Shown here one piece after another: positions 36,801 to 49,703 of a stretch of DNA of 64,000 nt. A program made the translations under genes and the position numbers. Positions within the stretch are counted from its first letter, which is position 1; every line of letters begins with the position of its first letter. The notes beneath the pieces are model-generated. The model saw only the letters and a program-made list of their open reading frames with translations. It was not told where the DNA came from and did no database searches. This DNA is from Geosiphon pyriformis uo1 (Eukaryota; Fungi; Glomeromycota), in the NCBI GenBank assembly GCA_016748015.1, contig JAAOMT010000571.1, positions 124,001 through 188,000 of the forward strand, written 5' to 3'.

Positions 36801-39800
36801 GTCTCTCCACAAGCTAAGCATGGCTGATTGTCTCATTTCCCTACTCATTTTGGTCTTCCAAAGTGTTCAAGGATGCATAAGTGGCAATAGAACCTAGTTG
36901 CCGTTGAATATTCCTCATCGTCCCCACAGCATGCACCCATTAACGACAATTTCTTACTGCAATTGACACATATAAGCTTAGATCGACAATAAGTAGATTG
37001 TTGTGGTATAGTGTAAGTGTTATAAGTGGTGGTGGTTTGGGTGGTTTCTTCTTCTTTCCCTTTTCCTTTATTTTCTTTGTCCTCTTCCCATTTCCAGCTT
37101 GAAGTCGGTTTGCTCTCGTCATTGTCAGTCCATGTCAGGTTATCAGTTTCCCAGATAAGTTTTTCCTTTTGTTTCCCTTTTCCCTTGTTGCTGTCATCCT
37201 AAGAAAGTATTGGCGGTAGTTTGTTGTACTCTTCATCTGCCCACGACATTTGGTAGGCTTCCCAGATAGGCTTTTTTTTTTCCTCCTCCAGTTCAATCAA
37301 TAGTTTCTCTCTTGGAGGAGTTTTGAAGTGGCCACATGTGACCAGAACACATATGTGTTGGCCCTAATATGTTAGCTGGAGTTCCTGAGTGTTCCAGTCT
37401 AACATTGCGTTGACTTTGAATAGCCAGTCATTACCAATGAAAGCTTGGTATTGAGTGGCTTCCATCATTAGAACTTTAATGGGAGTCACGATGCCATTGA
37501 CTTCAAAAGGAAAGTTGTCAATTTTGCCGATTGGAGTTTTGGTTGCTCCATTGGCTGTGATGATTCTGGCACTGGCAGCTTAATCAACTCGGTGACCTAA
37601 TTGATCCATGAGTTGTCTTGTGATATTGCTGCCTGTGGAACTGCTGTCTAGAATCAATTTGATGGATTGTTCTTCGACTTTGGTGTCAGTGTACATTGCA
37701 GTAATTGGTTTGGCTTCAAGAGCGACTCCACTAAATAATAGTGTTGCAGCTGTTTCCTCAAATTCAAATGGGAAGATAGTGGCCAATGACTCATCTTCAG
37801 TGATGGTAGCAGGTGGGATATTACTGGTAAGTGGTTGTTTTTGGGTAAATGCTGGGTTATTGGTTGAAGCATCTTCTGGGGTGACCAGAAGACTTAAATA
37901 GTTCTGGGAATTCGGGTTCTGGGGTTGACCAGTACCCAAATTCTGCTGGCGTAATTCAGATGATTGCTGTGAAAAACTGGGGATTGGTTGATGAACTACC
38001 ATTGCTGATCTCTAGCTCTGTTAAGTCATTCTTGGTCTTTGGGTTCTGTTGGGTAGTAAGTTTTGGGGCGGTGTTTGGATCTGTTGGGGTTGATAAATTA
38101 TTTGTGGCTGTGGTTAATATATTACTTGTGGCTGCGGCTGATAAATCGGAGGTTGATATACTGGAGACTAATAGACTAATGATTGCGTCACTGGTAGGTA
38201 AACATGTGGGTTTTGATTTGGGTACTGATTCAGAGTTTGGAACCAGCAATCGGGGTTTCAATATGGATTTCCCAATCATTGGTTATTTAAATGCTGGCAA
38301 CAGTCAATTTGGATATGTTTTTATTTACCACAATAGTAGCAGATATGTATTTCCTGTTACTACTGTTGATTGGTTGATAAAGATAGACATGGTTGATTTT
38401 GGGTATGATTAGAGTTTTCTTGATTATTGCGTCATTGTGGAGGCTGATAAATAGCATAATTGTCAGTTAAGTATCTTTCCAATCTCTTATTGATTGATTC
38501 ACTGAACTTCTCCAATTTGGAATCCAATTCAAATGATCCATTCATTACTAGATTAATGGCTTGGGTGTGGTTAGCCTCTGACTCAGCAGATTCAAAATCT
38601 CTGGCACATGTGACTATATCTTGAAGGGTGCCTGGATGCAATGGACGTACATGTTGCAAGATGCTGCTGCGCAGGCCATGGATAAACTGATTGAGTATCT
38701 GTGGTGCTGTGAAATAGTTGGTGTCAATTGCTTGAATTTGGCATAGGTTTTGATAGAAGCGTCTCAGATAAGTGGTGACTGCTTCAGTTTCTCCTTGTTT
38801 CATGGTGATGAATGTATTGACTAAGCAATTGATGCTGTTATTGTTGCTAAAGTATCTTAGGAATTCCACTTTGAAGACATTAAAATCTTGTGGTTTATTA
38901 ATCAAGCTCTGGTACCATAAATCGGCAGTATCTTTGAGAAAGTAGGGAATGGCTTGCATTGCTTGAGCATCATTTCATCCATTGGCTGCGATGGCCTTTT
39001 CTACATCATTCAGCCATATTTGAGTGTCATTCTCTTCGCCCATAAAGTTGTCAAGTTTTGCGATTGGTGCATAGGCCATTGAATCTAAGTTAGGTGGTTG
39101 TGGTGGCTGTTGAAGCAGTTGTTGTTGTCCTGGCTGTTGGAGTAGTAGCTGAAGTGGCTGCTGTATAGGTTTGGCTATGGGATTAATCGGCAGTTGATTG
39201 ATGATGATTACTGGAGGTAAGTTTTGCTGATTAATTAATTCAGGGTTTTTATTTCTTTGATTTAATGGCATTCGAATATTCGGAGTTTTGATTTCTGGAT
39301 TTTCTAACTGTTGCTGAGTTTGAATGTTTGGGGTTTCAACTTCTGGGTTTTCAGTGATCGGGTGCAGGTAAGTGAATTCTTGATCCTTTGATTCTTCTTC
39401 CTCCTTTTCTGATTTTGCTGCTTCCCATGGATCAGAGATTCCAAAATCTGGTGGAGGCAGTGGTAATTGAAGTCCTAATGGGGTTGATGATTGCAAATTA
39501 AATCTCTCAAAGTATTCGTCATATGGTCCTAACAATTCTGTTTTCTTTTGTCTATTTTGGAATGGAAATTGTCCAAATGTGGATGTCACAGTTGATGAAA
39601 ACGTGTCAGTTGATGATATGTTAATGGTGCTTCTAGGTATATAGTGGTATAATGGGTTACTTGAGAATTCAACTCTGTTTTTCTTCCAAGCAGGTGGCTG
39701 TATTTTTCGGGGTGTTACTGCTAGTGTTTGTAATTTTCCTTTGTCTTTACTAGTGTATGTAATTAGATATCTTTGTTGAATGTAGTGTTCAATTTCTTTG

Positions 39801-40063
39801 TTGATCTCAGTGATAATGAATGCAAAATTATGGTTTGTTAGTAAATTGGTGTTTTGAATTAATTCCTTATAGAAAGTTTCTCTTTCTGATTCAGTATTCA
39901 CTGGTGTTTCTAATAAAGAAAAAATCTTTTTGTCGACGTAGAAATTGAAGGCTGATTCAGCGGATATATGATTGTGGTTTAATCCCAAGTATTGACAATA
40001 GTGTTGAAATAAGAATTTTGCGAATCCTAAATAGTTTGCTCCTATAATTTCTGATTCTGCCAC
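33857..40063 (-). pseudogene. Element D Gag-PR-Cys-rich-dUTPase-RT-RNase H in a single frame (~2070 codons) with premature stops
   Basis: ORFs starting 40063, 38959, 38002, 36619, 35119 and 34657 share one frame. Motifs LILDSSSTGS, DAEFDL..ASRSSLAKRG..GGIIDAGYVG, FCVDYRKLN, YLDDT, TDASS..AYASKGL..ADGLS. Confidence 0.92.
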
Positions 40064-40113
40064 TTTTGGTTTGGTGTTGTTGGTGCTGGTTCTCTGTAGG
40101 ATTATACCTCACA

Positions 40114-40125
40114 GAGAGCACCAAA
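40114..40125 (-). promoter_or_regulatory. Primer-binding site of element D (TTTGGTGCTCTC)
   Basis: Adjacent to the 5' LTR; same 12-mer as element A. Confidence 0.85.
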
Positions 40126-41005
40126 TGTTACAGGTGATTATTTCTGCTGTTGAATTAAATAACAAATCCATAACTTGGTGCTCAAAAGCTACTTCCATGG
40201 ATGAGGTTCTGTAAGTATTGTATCTGAAGGTTTTGGTTGATCTGAAGGTTTTGTTGTGAAGTTCTTTGTATAATGGACAGAGATTTAATGGTGATGGTAG
40301 TAGTTTTTCTGGAGTCGTAATTATGCCCAATTTCTTTTTCAGCTTGACAGCCAGATTTATTTTGGCAGTTGTGCCCTTCTGGTAAGCTATCTGTTAATAT
40401 ATATAATTCTACCCTTATTTCTGGGTCTTTTACCAGACTATCCTTGATGTCAATAATTCAGTGCTTAATCTTTTTACTCAATTAGTATACAACAACAAAA
40501 TCAAAGAAAGAAAATAAAATAAAAAGAAAGAAAATAAAGAAATAAGTCAAGGCAATTCGGTATGTTAGTATCTCGTCAATAGCCATAATCAAAAGCTATT
40601 GTTCCAGCATGATTAAGTATTAATTACTATCAACATAAAGTGTTGATAGTGGAGAGTGGATGGAGATATAGAATAATTATTTATTTGATGATTGGTTTCT
40701 TGACTAAAGATTCTGTAGTATTAATTCTGTTTTTTCTGTTTCTAATACTACTGCTATATATACATAATTGGGATTCCTCAATTTCTCGATTCTTTATGAC
40801 AGGAATCTTGGAATTTCTGGAATTCTGTGATTTTTTTGAGAGGAATTCTGGAATTTTGGAATTCTGCAATTTCTCGTCGGGAAATCCTAAAATTCCTGGA
40901 ATCCTGCAATTCCTAAAAGGAATCCTAGAATTTTATATTTACTATGCTTACTTCTGATTGGCTAATAATTATGCTAATATATTTCCTATATTTCTATGAG
41001 TAACA
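40126..41005 (-). repeat. 5' LTR of element D (880 bp)
   Basis: Matches 30843-31713; the differences are mostly transitions. Confidence 0.93.
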
Positions 41006-41009
41006 ATGC

Positions 41010-41088
41010 CTAGTTTAGATTATTTCATTGATGTATTGTTCTAGGTAGTGTTTGGACCTCACTCGTTAAACATAATAAAAAAAAAAAA
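41010..41088 (+). mobile_element. LINE L-a 3' terminus and poly(A) tail
   Basis: ctagtttagat..ctaggtagtg..ttaaacataat-A12 matches the L-b 3' end (reverse complement of 44897-44975). Confidence 0.88.
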
Positions 41089-42325
41089 TTATATTAGTAT
41101 AAGTAAATTTATTATACCAACTTAAATTAAATAGACACTTAACAAGTTTTAATATATAAACTTATAATAGTAACTAATTAATTATTTTTAAACAATTAGA
41201 TTGATAAAAACCTATTAAAAATTTCAGAAATTTTGAAAATATGTTTGATTAAATGATTATTAATAATTATTACAATATTAATATCTAAAAAATTTAAATT
41301 AAAATTAAAAATTTAAATTTACATATTATTAAATTGTTTATAATTTATAATTTTATATTTGAATAAAATTTTGCTTTAATAATAATTAAAATATTATTTT
41401 TTAAATTTTTATGTTATTTAATAATATTATTTTATTTAATAAAAATATTTATGCTTTTAATATTATATATAGTTATTTTTTATATTAAATTATTTATTAA
41501 AAACAGAATAAAAATATTAGATTACTATTCAAACAAAAAAAATTTAACTTTTTTAAAACTGTTTTAATTAATTTTTTTAAAACTAACATATTAGTTTTTA
41601 AACCACCAATTTTGGCAGGAAAAACTTTTAAATTATTTGTAGTTAAATTTAAAAAATAATTTATAATACTAAATATAACAAATTGCTTTAATAATAACTT
41701 GTTTATTACTATATTTATAATTAGAATAATATTATGTAAAATCAGTTTTTTAAAACTTAACAACAAGAAAAAAAACAAAAAAATCCAGTTTTTATAAAAT
41801 TTTAAAGATTTAATTAATTAAAATTTTCAAAAACCATTTTAATATATTCAAATAAAATTAAAAGTTAATATTATAGAAATATAAACAGATAAATTGAATA
41901 AATTATTTGCTATTAAAACATCTTAAATTAAATTATTAAAAAAAATAAAAAATGTATTATAAATAATTAAAGCTTATGTTTTACTACTAAAAAGAACCAA
42001 ATAAAAAATTAAAATATGTTTTTTGCATATATATATATATAAAATACATTTTATTAAACTCAAAAAATATTTTTTTAATACAATTTAGTACTTTTTACCA
42101 AACATACAATTGCTTAAAACATGACTATTTTTTTTATATTTAATATATAAAAAAAATAAATTAGTTTAAAATAAATCAAATTTAAATAAATAATAGTTTT
42201 TTTAAAAATAGTAAAATTAAAACATATTACAATATAATATATTTATACAGAATTTTTATTTATTAAAATTAACTATTTAAAGACAACTAAATTAATGACT
42301 TTAATACTTTTAAACTTAATTAGTG

Positions 42326-44615
42326 TTTTTTATTATTATTAGAGTTTAACAAACAAGATTCAACCACTATTTAATACAATATAACCACATAGAGTCTTAA
42401 ATTAAATGTGACTTATGCATTTTCCACATGTAACCAGCTACTCAAGCCAGTTCAGGTTATACTACGTTGATGCACTAGTAGAAAACTTACCCAAAAACAA
42501 CATCTTTTGAATAACAAGAAACAAAGTTGTATTGTAAGAAATCAATCTAATCAGTCATTCAGCTGTCTTCAAGGTATTAGCTTTAATATTAATAGATTCA
42601 TGTTTCTAAAAAGACATCAAGTTAGAAAACACTTCATCATTTAAACCAACTGGATGCTCTGAATTACCAGACATATTAATATCTTCCATGCAGTATTTTT
42701 TTTTAAGAAACCACTTCTTTCCCCAACTTACCAACAATTTTACTAAAAGAACCCAAATGTATCATAACTTCATTGACTTTAAGGCCAAGTTTACTGCTTG
42801 AGACCAAATCTGTATTAATAAATTGTTTAAACAATTTGACCAAGGAACCAACTGGTTTAATAATAGACTTAACTAAAGCAGAAAGCTTGATCAAATCAGA
42901 CTTCAAAGAAGCCAACCAAAAAGACACCAAGAGATTACCAACAATTATAGAAGAAGAAATAGGAGCTGTCAAAGGAGAAAACTCAGAAGAATCCAAGGAA
43001 GCAAAAGCTTTTGCATAAAAAATACTACTCACAAAATGTGTTCTAAATACTTTGGAAGTCTTGGGAGGTAGAGGCAGAGAAACTTTGCAGTTTACAGCCA
43101 AATGGCCCAATTTTTAATACTTAAAGCAATGTTGACAACCAAAAGTTTTCCACCAAATATGGCATTTTTTTAAGATACCAGTTTTGACAACCACAGAATT
43201 CAAATCAATTTAAGAATTAAACATAATCAGAGCAAACTGGAAATGATGACCAGAATCAAACAAATGAAGAATAAAACAAGTCTGATCACCAACTTGGAAG
43301 ATCATATCACTAATCTCAAAAACAATACAGTCAGAAGGGAGATTGACCAACTTGGTCTTAAACTGATCATGAAACAAAATTGTCTTATTTTGATTGATAA
43401 GGAGAAAAATACAAACACTATTTTTGCCCACTAAAATCAACCAATGAGTGAAAGCAAAAGCAGCAGCATCTAATTTCTTAAAGTAAACAACCACATATTG
43501 TCAAACACCAGCAGGTTTCAGCATAACATAAGAAACTTCACCAAAAACACTAAGAACTGATTTAATATTAGCAGCAGACATATTCAAAGACATATCATGC
43601 AATGCAATAGCAGCAGGAGAATAATTAGACTCAGAAACCACCAAAGACTTGGCAATTTTAAGAGAGGCAAGGCAAATAAAGCTTGTAAGTTCAACCAAAA
43701 ATACAGTATTCAGAGAACTTAGGAAAGCAAACTCCATACAGAAGAGTTTTATATTGTCCTTAGAAACAGATTTTGCATCCAAAAAACCATGTATAAACTA
43801 AAAAACAGCCTTAAAATAAGCCAATTTGACCTTGAAAGTAGTACCAGACACCAAAGTAGAAGTCATTCATTTAGCAAACTTTTAATAACTAGCAATAGTT
43901 TCCTAAGCACCACCAATAGCAGCACTAAAAACCAGAAAAAGAGATGATTTAGTTTCCATTTGGTCAGCCCAGTTCTCAAAAATAGGTAATACTACAGGAG
44001 ATAATTGCTTTGCTTCTAAAACTGGTAATAATCTACCAGAAAACTTCACATTTGGCAACACAGCCAGTGGTTAATCTTGGCCTATCTTGGATAATGTGCT
44101 GGATAATGCTATGGAAATTTCATTTAAGATTTCATTAGAAACCACAAAAAATTTTGGTATAACAATAGCAGAGACAAGTGACTGCTTCCATTTTTCTGAA
44201 CTTTTGGTCTTTTTGACTATTTTTTTTGAAAATAAGATGTTAGCAACACCAAATATTGAAGCTATAGGGAGAAATACCAGTTTGTTGACTGGTTTATTAT
44301 TAAACACTTTTGGGCTCTTAGTAGGAGTGGAGACAACCTAAGACTAATCCAAATATGTCTTTTTGAAAAAAGTTTGACTGGTGAAAAACCAGCCAAAGAT
44401 AAAGAAGTTGCTTCAGTAGTTATTAAAGACAGCCTTTTATGATTACTAGGTAAAAAAAAGACTTCTAAAATGTTCTGCCTAGTTGCTTTTACTACAGAGA
44501 GAGCTTTTTTAGTTAAAATTTTATTAGATATTTCAAGAAAAATATTAAGTGCAGCTTTCTTACTCTTTGCTCTGGTCATGATTATAAAATTAAAAAGACA
44601 AAGAGCTTTTTTTGG
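42326..44615 (-). mobile_element. ORF1-only non-autonomous LINE derivative, copy 1 (degenerate)
   Basis: ORF from ATG 44579 (MTRAKSKKAA..) with RRM-like segments and a CFK..LGHLAVNC knuckle, distantly similar to LINE ORF1. Followed directly by the LINE 3' UTR motif (~42415-42465) and an A-rich tail. No ORF2. Confidence 0.75.
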
Positions 44616-45026
44616 CTTTTTTAGTGTTTTTTGTTAAAAATTAATTAATTGTATTTTAATTATTTTTATCTTATTAAATTTAAATAGTATTAAATTTATT
44701 ATTAATTTAGATAAATTAATTAGATAATAATTTTTTAATCTAATTTAATATAAACTTTTTTAAAATTAATATTTAATGAAATTTTTTTACTGATAACCAA
44801 AATCTTAGTTTAATTTAAATTTAATTCAAAAGTAAATATTAAATAATGTTTTAAAATTTTAAAAAAGTAAAAATTTTCTTAAATTTATTTACTTAATTTT
44901 TTTTTTATGTTTAATGAGTAAAGTCCACACACTACCTAGAACTATACATCAAAGAAATGATCTAAACTAGGCATGAATCATGTGTTTTCTACACGTGACC
45001 AGCCACTCAGACCAGTCAGGACAACA

Positions 45027-48000
45027 CTATGCTGTAATAACTACAGAAACTGAAAAATCTATACCAGAAAAAAATAAATAATGTTTACAAAAACCAAAAC
45101 AGACCCCGAAAGCTTCAGACATCCCAAGCAATTTAATTACACCAGTAGAAAACTTCAAAGCTGAACCAGAAATTGAGGTAGAAGCTGAGCCATTCATAGG
45201 GATCAGCCCACATTTTTTCATAAAGAGGTGATGTTTAACACGGACCAACCAAATATCATCTCTAAAAGCGAGACAAAGAGAATATGCAAAATCAATAATT
45301 CTAACACCAGCAACCTTGGGATCATGAAAGACAGAAACAGTTTCCGAGAACCATCCATTAAAAACAAAACTTTTAAACAGAGCTGATGACACCAAGAAAT
45401 CTGGAGCACAAGTTGACAACAACTGCAACACACACGAGAAGGAGAGAAAGAGACTTGAAAGTCTTTTCCAAGATAACATGCCAGAATTCAAAATCTGGCA
45501 ATGAGCTAAGCTATTGACCATATAAGAAAAAACATGATCCGAAATTTCTACCTCTGTACAATACAGGCACAGAACACTAAGATAACATTTATCGTAAAAA
45601 CGCTTCCGAACTGCTACAGGAAGCTGATAGTACAAAGCCTTCATGAAGTAAGTACAAGAATCAGCAGTACATCTACTGGTAAAGCTTGTGGCCATGTGCG
45701 AATCAGGGTGCCACACCTGGGAAGATCTGAGCCAATCAACATCTGAAAGCAAACCATCTACCAGAAAGCTAGAACCAGAACCAACCTCCCAACGTGCATG
45801 ACAGACAGCTTGAAAAACATCCTGAACAAAGTGCCTAGAATTACCTGAAACTATACCACCATCTGCCACCAAAAAATGTTCACTCACACAAGGAGAAAAG
45901 AACCAATCAGAGAAAGAAGCAGCATCAGCGAGACCATCAGTATGTTCATTCCCCAAAATTCCAGAGTGGCCCTTTACCTTGTGCCAGCTGACTTTCAAAT
46001 TCTTGCTGCAAATGACATTCCTAATGTGTTGACACTCGACCCAACACCAATTGCAAAAATCAGAACACATCAGACCCAATTCTGATTTGCAAGCATCCAA
46101 AGCAGCTTGACTATCTGAAAACAAGCGAACAGAGTGCAACTTTGGCATATACTCTAGAGCTAAAGCAATGGCCTGCAACTTCGCCAAAGTAGATGAAATC
46201 AAACCACGAACACTAACACCCAAACCCAAATTAATGTCCTCAAAAAAGGCTGCAGCGTCATCTTGACAATCCAGTATGCCCAAATTTTTCAGAGAACCAT
46301 CCATATAAACAGACAAAATATCAGAACCAACTTGAGAGAGATGATCTCTGACAGACACAAAATCATTAGACTCACAAATGTTCTAAGAGCAAACACCAAT
46401 TAAAGCCGAAAAAGGGGAAACAAACCACCGAAAAATGCAACAAAAAGCTTGAACCACTCAGGAACTGGGCCACGAGGATCCAGTCTCTTTTACTGCTTAA
46501 AGGTGTACCAGTTGAAGACATCTCCATGACGATTACGAAACTGATCCACAAAGGCAATGTCATAACATCAGAGAGAAGACAAGAATTTGAAAAACAAAGA
46601 TTTGTCCAGAACAGTAAACATAGACACCCCATCATAAAGCCAAAAAGCGCTGGCCAAAGAGCCACCCAAGGATAAATTGTAGTCAAAAAGAATGCAAACC
46701 ACACCTAACAAAAAATTATTGGAAGCACTAACACAGACATGAGCCGGAAAATTTACTAGATGGATGGGGTGTCAACTCAGAACTTGCAAGTTGTGAAACT
46801 TATAACTAAACAATTGACCCAAAACCCCACAGAAGTTTGCAAAACTAATAAGTAAAGCAATTTTGCTTTTAGACTGGCACTGAGAAAAAGATTTCAAACC
46901 ATAAAAGGAGGGATGGTAAATTGTATCACTAGAAAAATTGAAAGGAAGACCAGATTTAAGCTTTAAACTCTTGCAAATCAGAATATCCCATTTGTTGCAC
47001 ACACCAACAGAAACAAAGCTAAACTGTGTTCTATAGCTAATTATGGAATGAAGAACTGCTGACACCAGGTACAAGAACTGCTTATCTGAAACTGCTTTTT
47101 TCAGAACCAAATTGCTAAAAAAATGAACGTCCAAATGTGCTTTGGCCAAACTAGGTTTAGAAAGACCATTAGTTAAAAAAAGATACCAAGATACTGATAA
47201 GATTTGCCTTTTTTGGCTATGGAAATGGGTAAACTACTGATGAAAAAAGACAGATTGCTGATTCTGCTATTAATAGGAATGGCCACAGTTTTGTCATTAT
47301 TGATTAAAATGTTATTGATCCGAAAAAATTCACTAGCAATATTGAGAATATATTGAGTAGCAGCCTGACTGCTGCCAACCCAAATTGTGTCATCAACAAA
47401 GGCTCTAGCAGCAAAAAAGAAAGAAAACCCAGCTTGAAATTCAGTATGACTACTTCTGGAGACAAAATGAGAATTGAGTCTATAATTATACACACTTTTC
47501 TGACACCTGACTTCACACAAAAGTGGGTCATAAAAAATGCACCAAAGAAGAGGTGAAAAAACTTTCCCTTGGTCCAACCCATCATGTACATGATAGCCAT
47601 CAAATAAACCAAAATTTGTCATAACCCGATTGGTCCAATTTCTATGAATATTACCAAAAAACCAAATAAATTTGCCACACATTTTGATCTTGACCAAACA
47701 CTTCTCGAGATGCTCCTATCTAACAGAATTGTATGCTTTTTACATGTCCTGTAACACCAGCCAGAGCTTCCGATTTTTTTTCAAAGCATCCTCAACAACC
47801 AAACCAATAGCAAAAATAGGAGTTTGAGTTGTTGTACCCTTCAAGACTGAAAAATTATCTCCATGAAGAATGTCATGAGTACTGTATGCTAGTGATATTC
47901 TGTCAGAGAGAATCTTGAAGAGAATTTTGTAAGCTGTTTTGATCAAAGCTATAAGTTGGGTGTTCATGAGAACTCTTTCTCACTCATATGGTTTAGGAAT

Positions 48001-49703
48001 CATCAAAATCCAGACTTCTTTCTAAGGACCAGGCACAGATTCACAAGATAGGCAAAAATTTAGAAGCATCAACAACATATCCAAAACAGACCTATCACAA
48101 TGTTTCCACAACTTATTTGAAATACCCGAAAGACTGGCAGCCTTGCCATCAAGTAGATCAGAAACCACACCAAACAATTCCAAAAACTTAATTGGTTGCA
48201 TCACACTCCAAAAAGCTTCATCAAAAACATAGCTTAAAGGCTTATACTGATGGTACCACTCTTCTGGGATATCAGGAACCACCTTATACTTCCTAGTCCA
48301 GCCTTCCATGATTTCATTCATCTTTGATTATACAGGACCAGATTCCAAAATTAGCTCATTGTTCACAACCAAGTAATCCAAAATGACCTTGTGGAAAAGA
48401 TGCTCCAGAACACTTCAAATAGTGTGATCTTTGTTCAGCTTAAAACTCTCTATCTTCTTGTTGATTGCCAATTTGATTTGAGATTCCTTCCCATGCTTCA
48501 ATTCTGCCAGTTTAAGTAAGTGATAAATTTTTTTGACTTTGGAGAAAGCTGACCAAATGGTATTAAAAGGAGAGCTGGAAAGAAAGAAAGATCTGACTAT
48601 GGAAGCATTATTATCATCAAGAGAACCCCAGACATCTAACAGTGAAATGAACTCATTATGACAAGTTGACTGAGAAGTTTTAACCAATCTCGATACTAAA
48701 AGTTCTAATTTATGAAATTTAGATGATTCTTTAGTGAAGACATCATTATAGTCCTTGAACCATTTCTTTTTAAACACCTCATTGGCCAAAAAAACCATAA
48801 TTTTGCGAACAACATCCCACATTGCATCCAAATCTGAGAATCCTGCAGTGGCAGCAAACTCATTCGAGAACATTGTGGCATTAGCTGATGTGACAATCTT
48901 AAAATCAATTCATTTACTCTCATCAGCACCCTTGAAGTCAAACTTCCATTGGTCTTTATTTGCTTGCTTGTGAAGAGAGTTTAACTGCATATTCAAAAGT
49001 CCACCCAAACCCACAGACACAGAAACAGATTGGTGATTTATGTTAAAATGCTTACTGACTTCTAAAACATCACAATTTATTATCACATTAACCAAGTTTG
49101 GAGATACAAACATATAATCAATTGTCTTCCTGATACCCTTAAAATTCACTCACATAGGCTCCTTAATAGCTAGACTACCAACCAAGAAATTAACTAGTCC
49201 CAAATCAAGACATTTTTTGAAACTTGCACACTTGTGGGAGCTATTTTCATTAAAATCACCACTAAGAATGATGAAAAAAGATTCATTGACTGCCTTCACA
49301 ATAAGAGAGTTAATATTACCAGCCTGAAAGAACTGAACCACTGAAAAGGCACCAGCATAAAGTCCCAAAATTGACACTGAAAGTTTGTTCTTGAAAAGCA
49401 ACTTGATAGACAAAAGCCGACCAGGCACCTTAGAAATTTTACTTACATACTGAGTCAGAGAAACGTCCATGATTATGGCAACTCCAGCACCAAGAAAACC
49501 TGTATCCAAACCAGAGGTAAAAACCCAAACACCATCAAACCTATCTTTGATCTATGGCCTGCAGCCAGACCTTAATTTTGTTTCCATAATTATCGAAACC
49601 AAATTTCCTATTTTTTTATGCCAATGAACAATGTCTTTCTGCTTAGCAGGGACATTGATACTTTGAATATTGCACATAACAAATTTCCAAACCAGATCTG
49701 TTA
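45027..49703 (-). pseudogene. LINE L-b ORF2 (APE-RT-RNase H-Cys motif)
   Basis: SGDFN, TIDYMF, LVLQDM, GLDQGKVFSPLLW, AFVDDT, VYMDGSLK..SDSQAAL..KVKGHSGILGNEHTD, CLYCTEVEISDH. Confidence 0.92.

Larger units (their letters stand above)
30843..41005 (-). mobile_element. Full-length Ty3/gypsy element D inserted in the 3' UTR of LINE L-a
   Basis: Paired LTRs, PBS and PPT. The flanks ACAC/ATGC are both single CpG-decay products of a 4-bp TSD ACGC. The LINE 3' UTR resumes colinearly with L-b. Confidence 0.93.
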
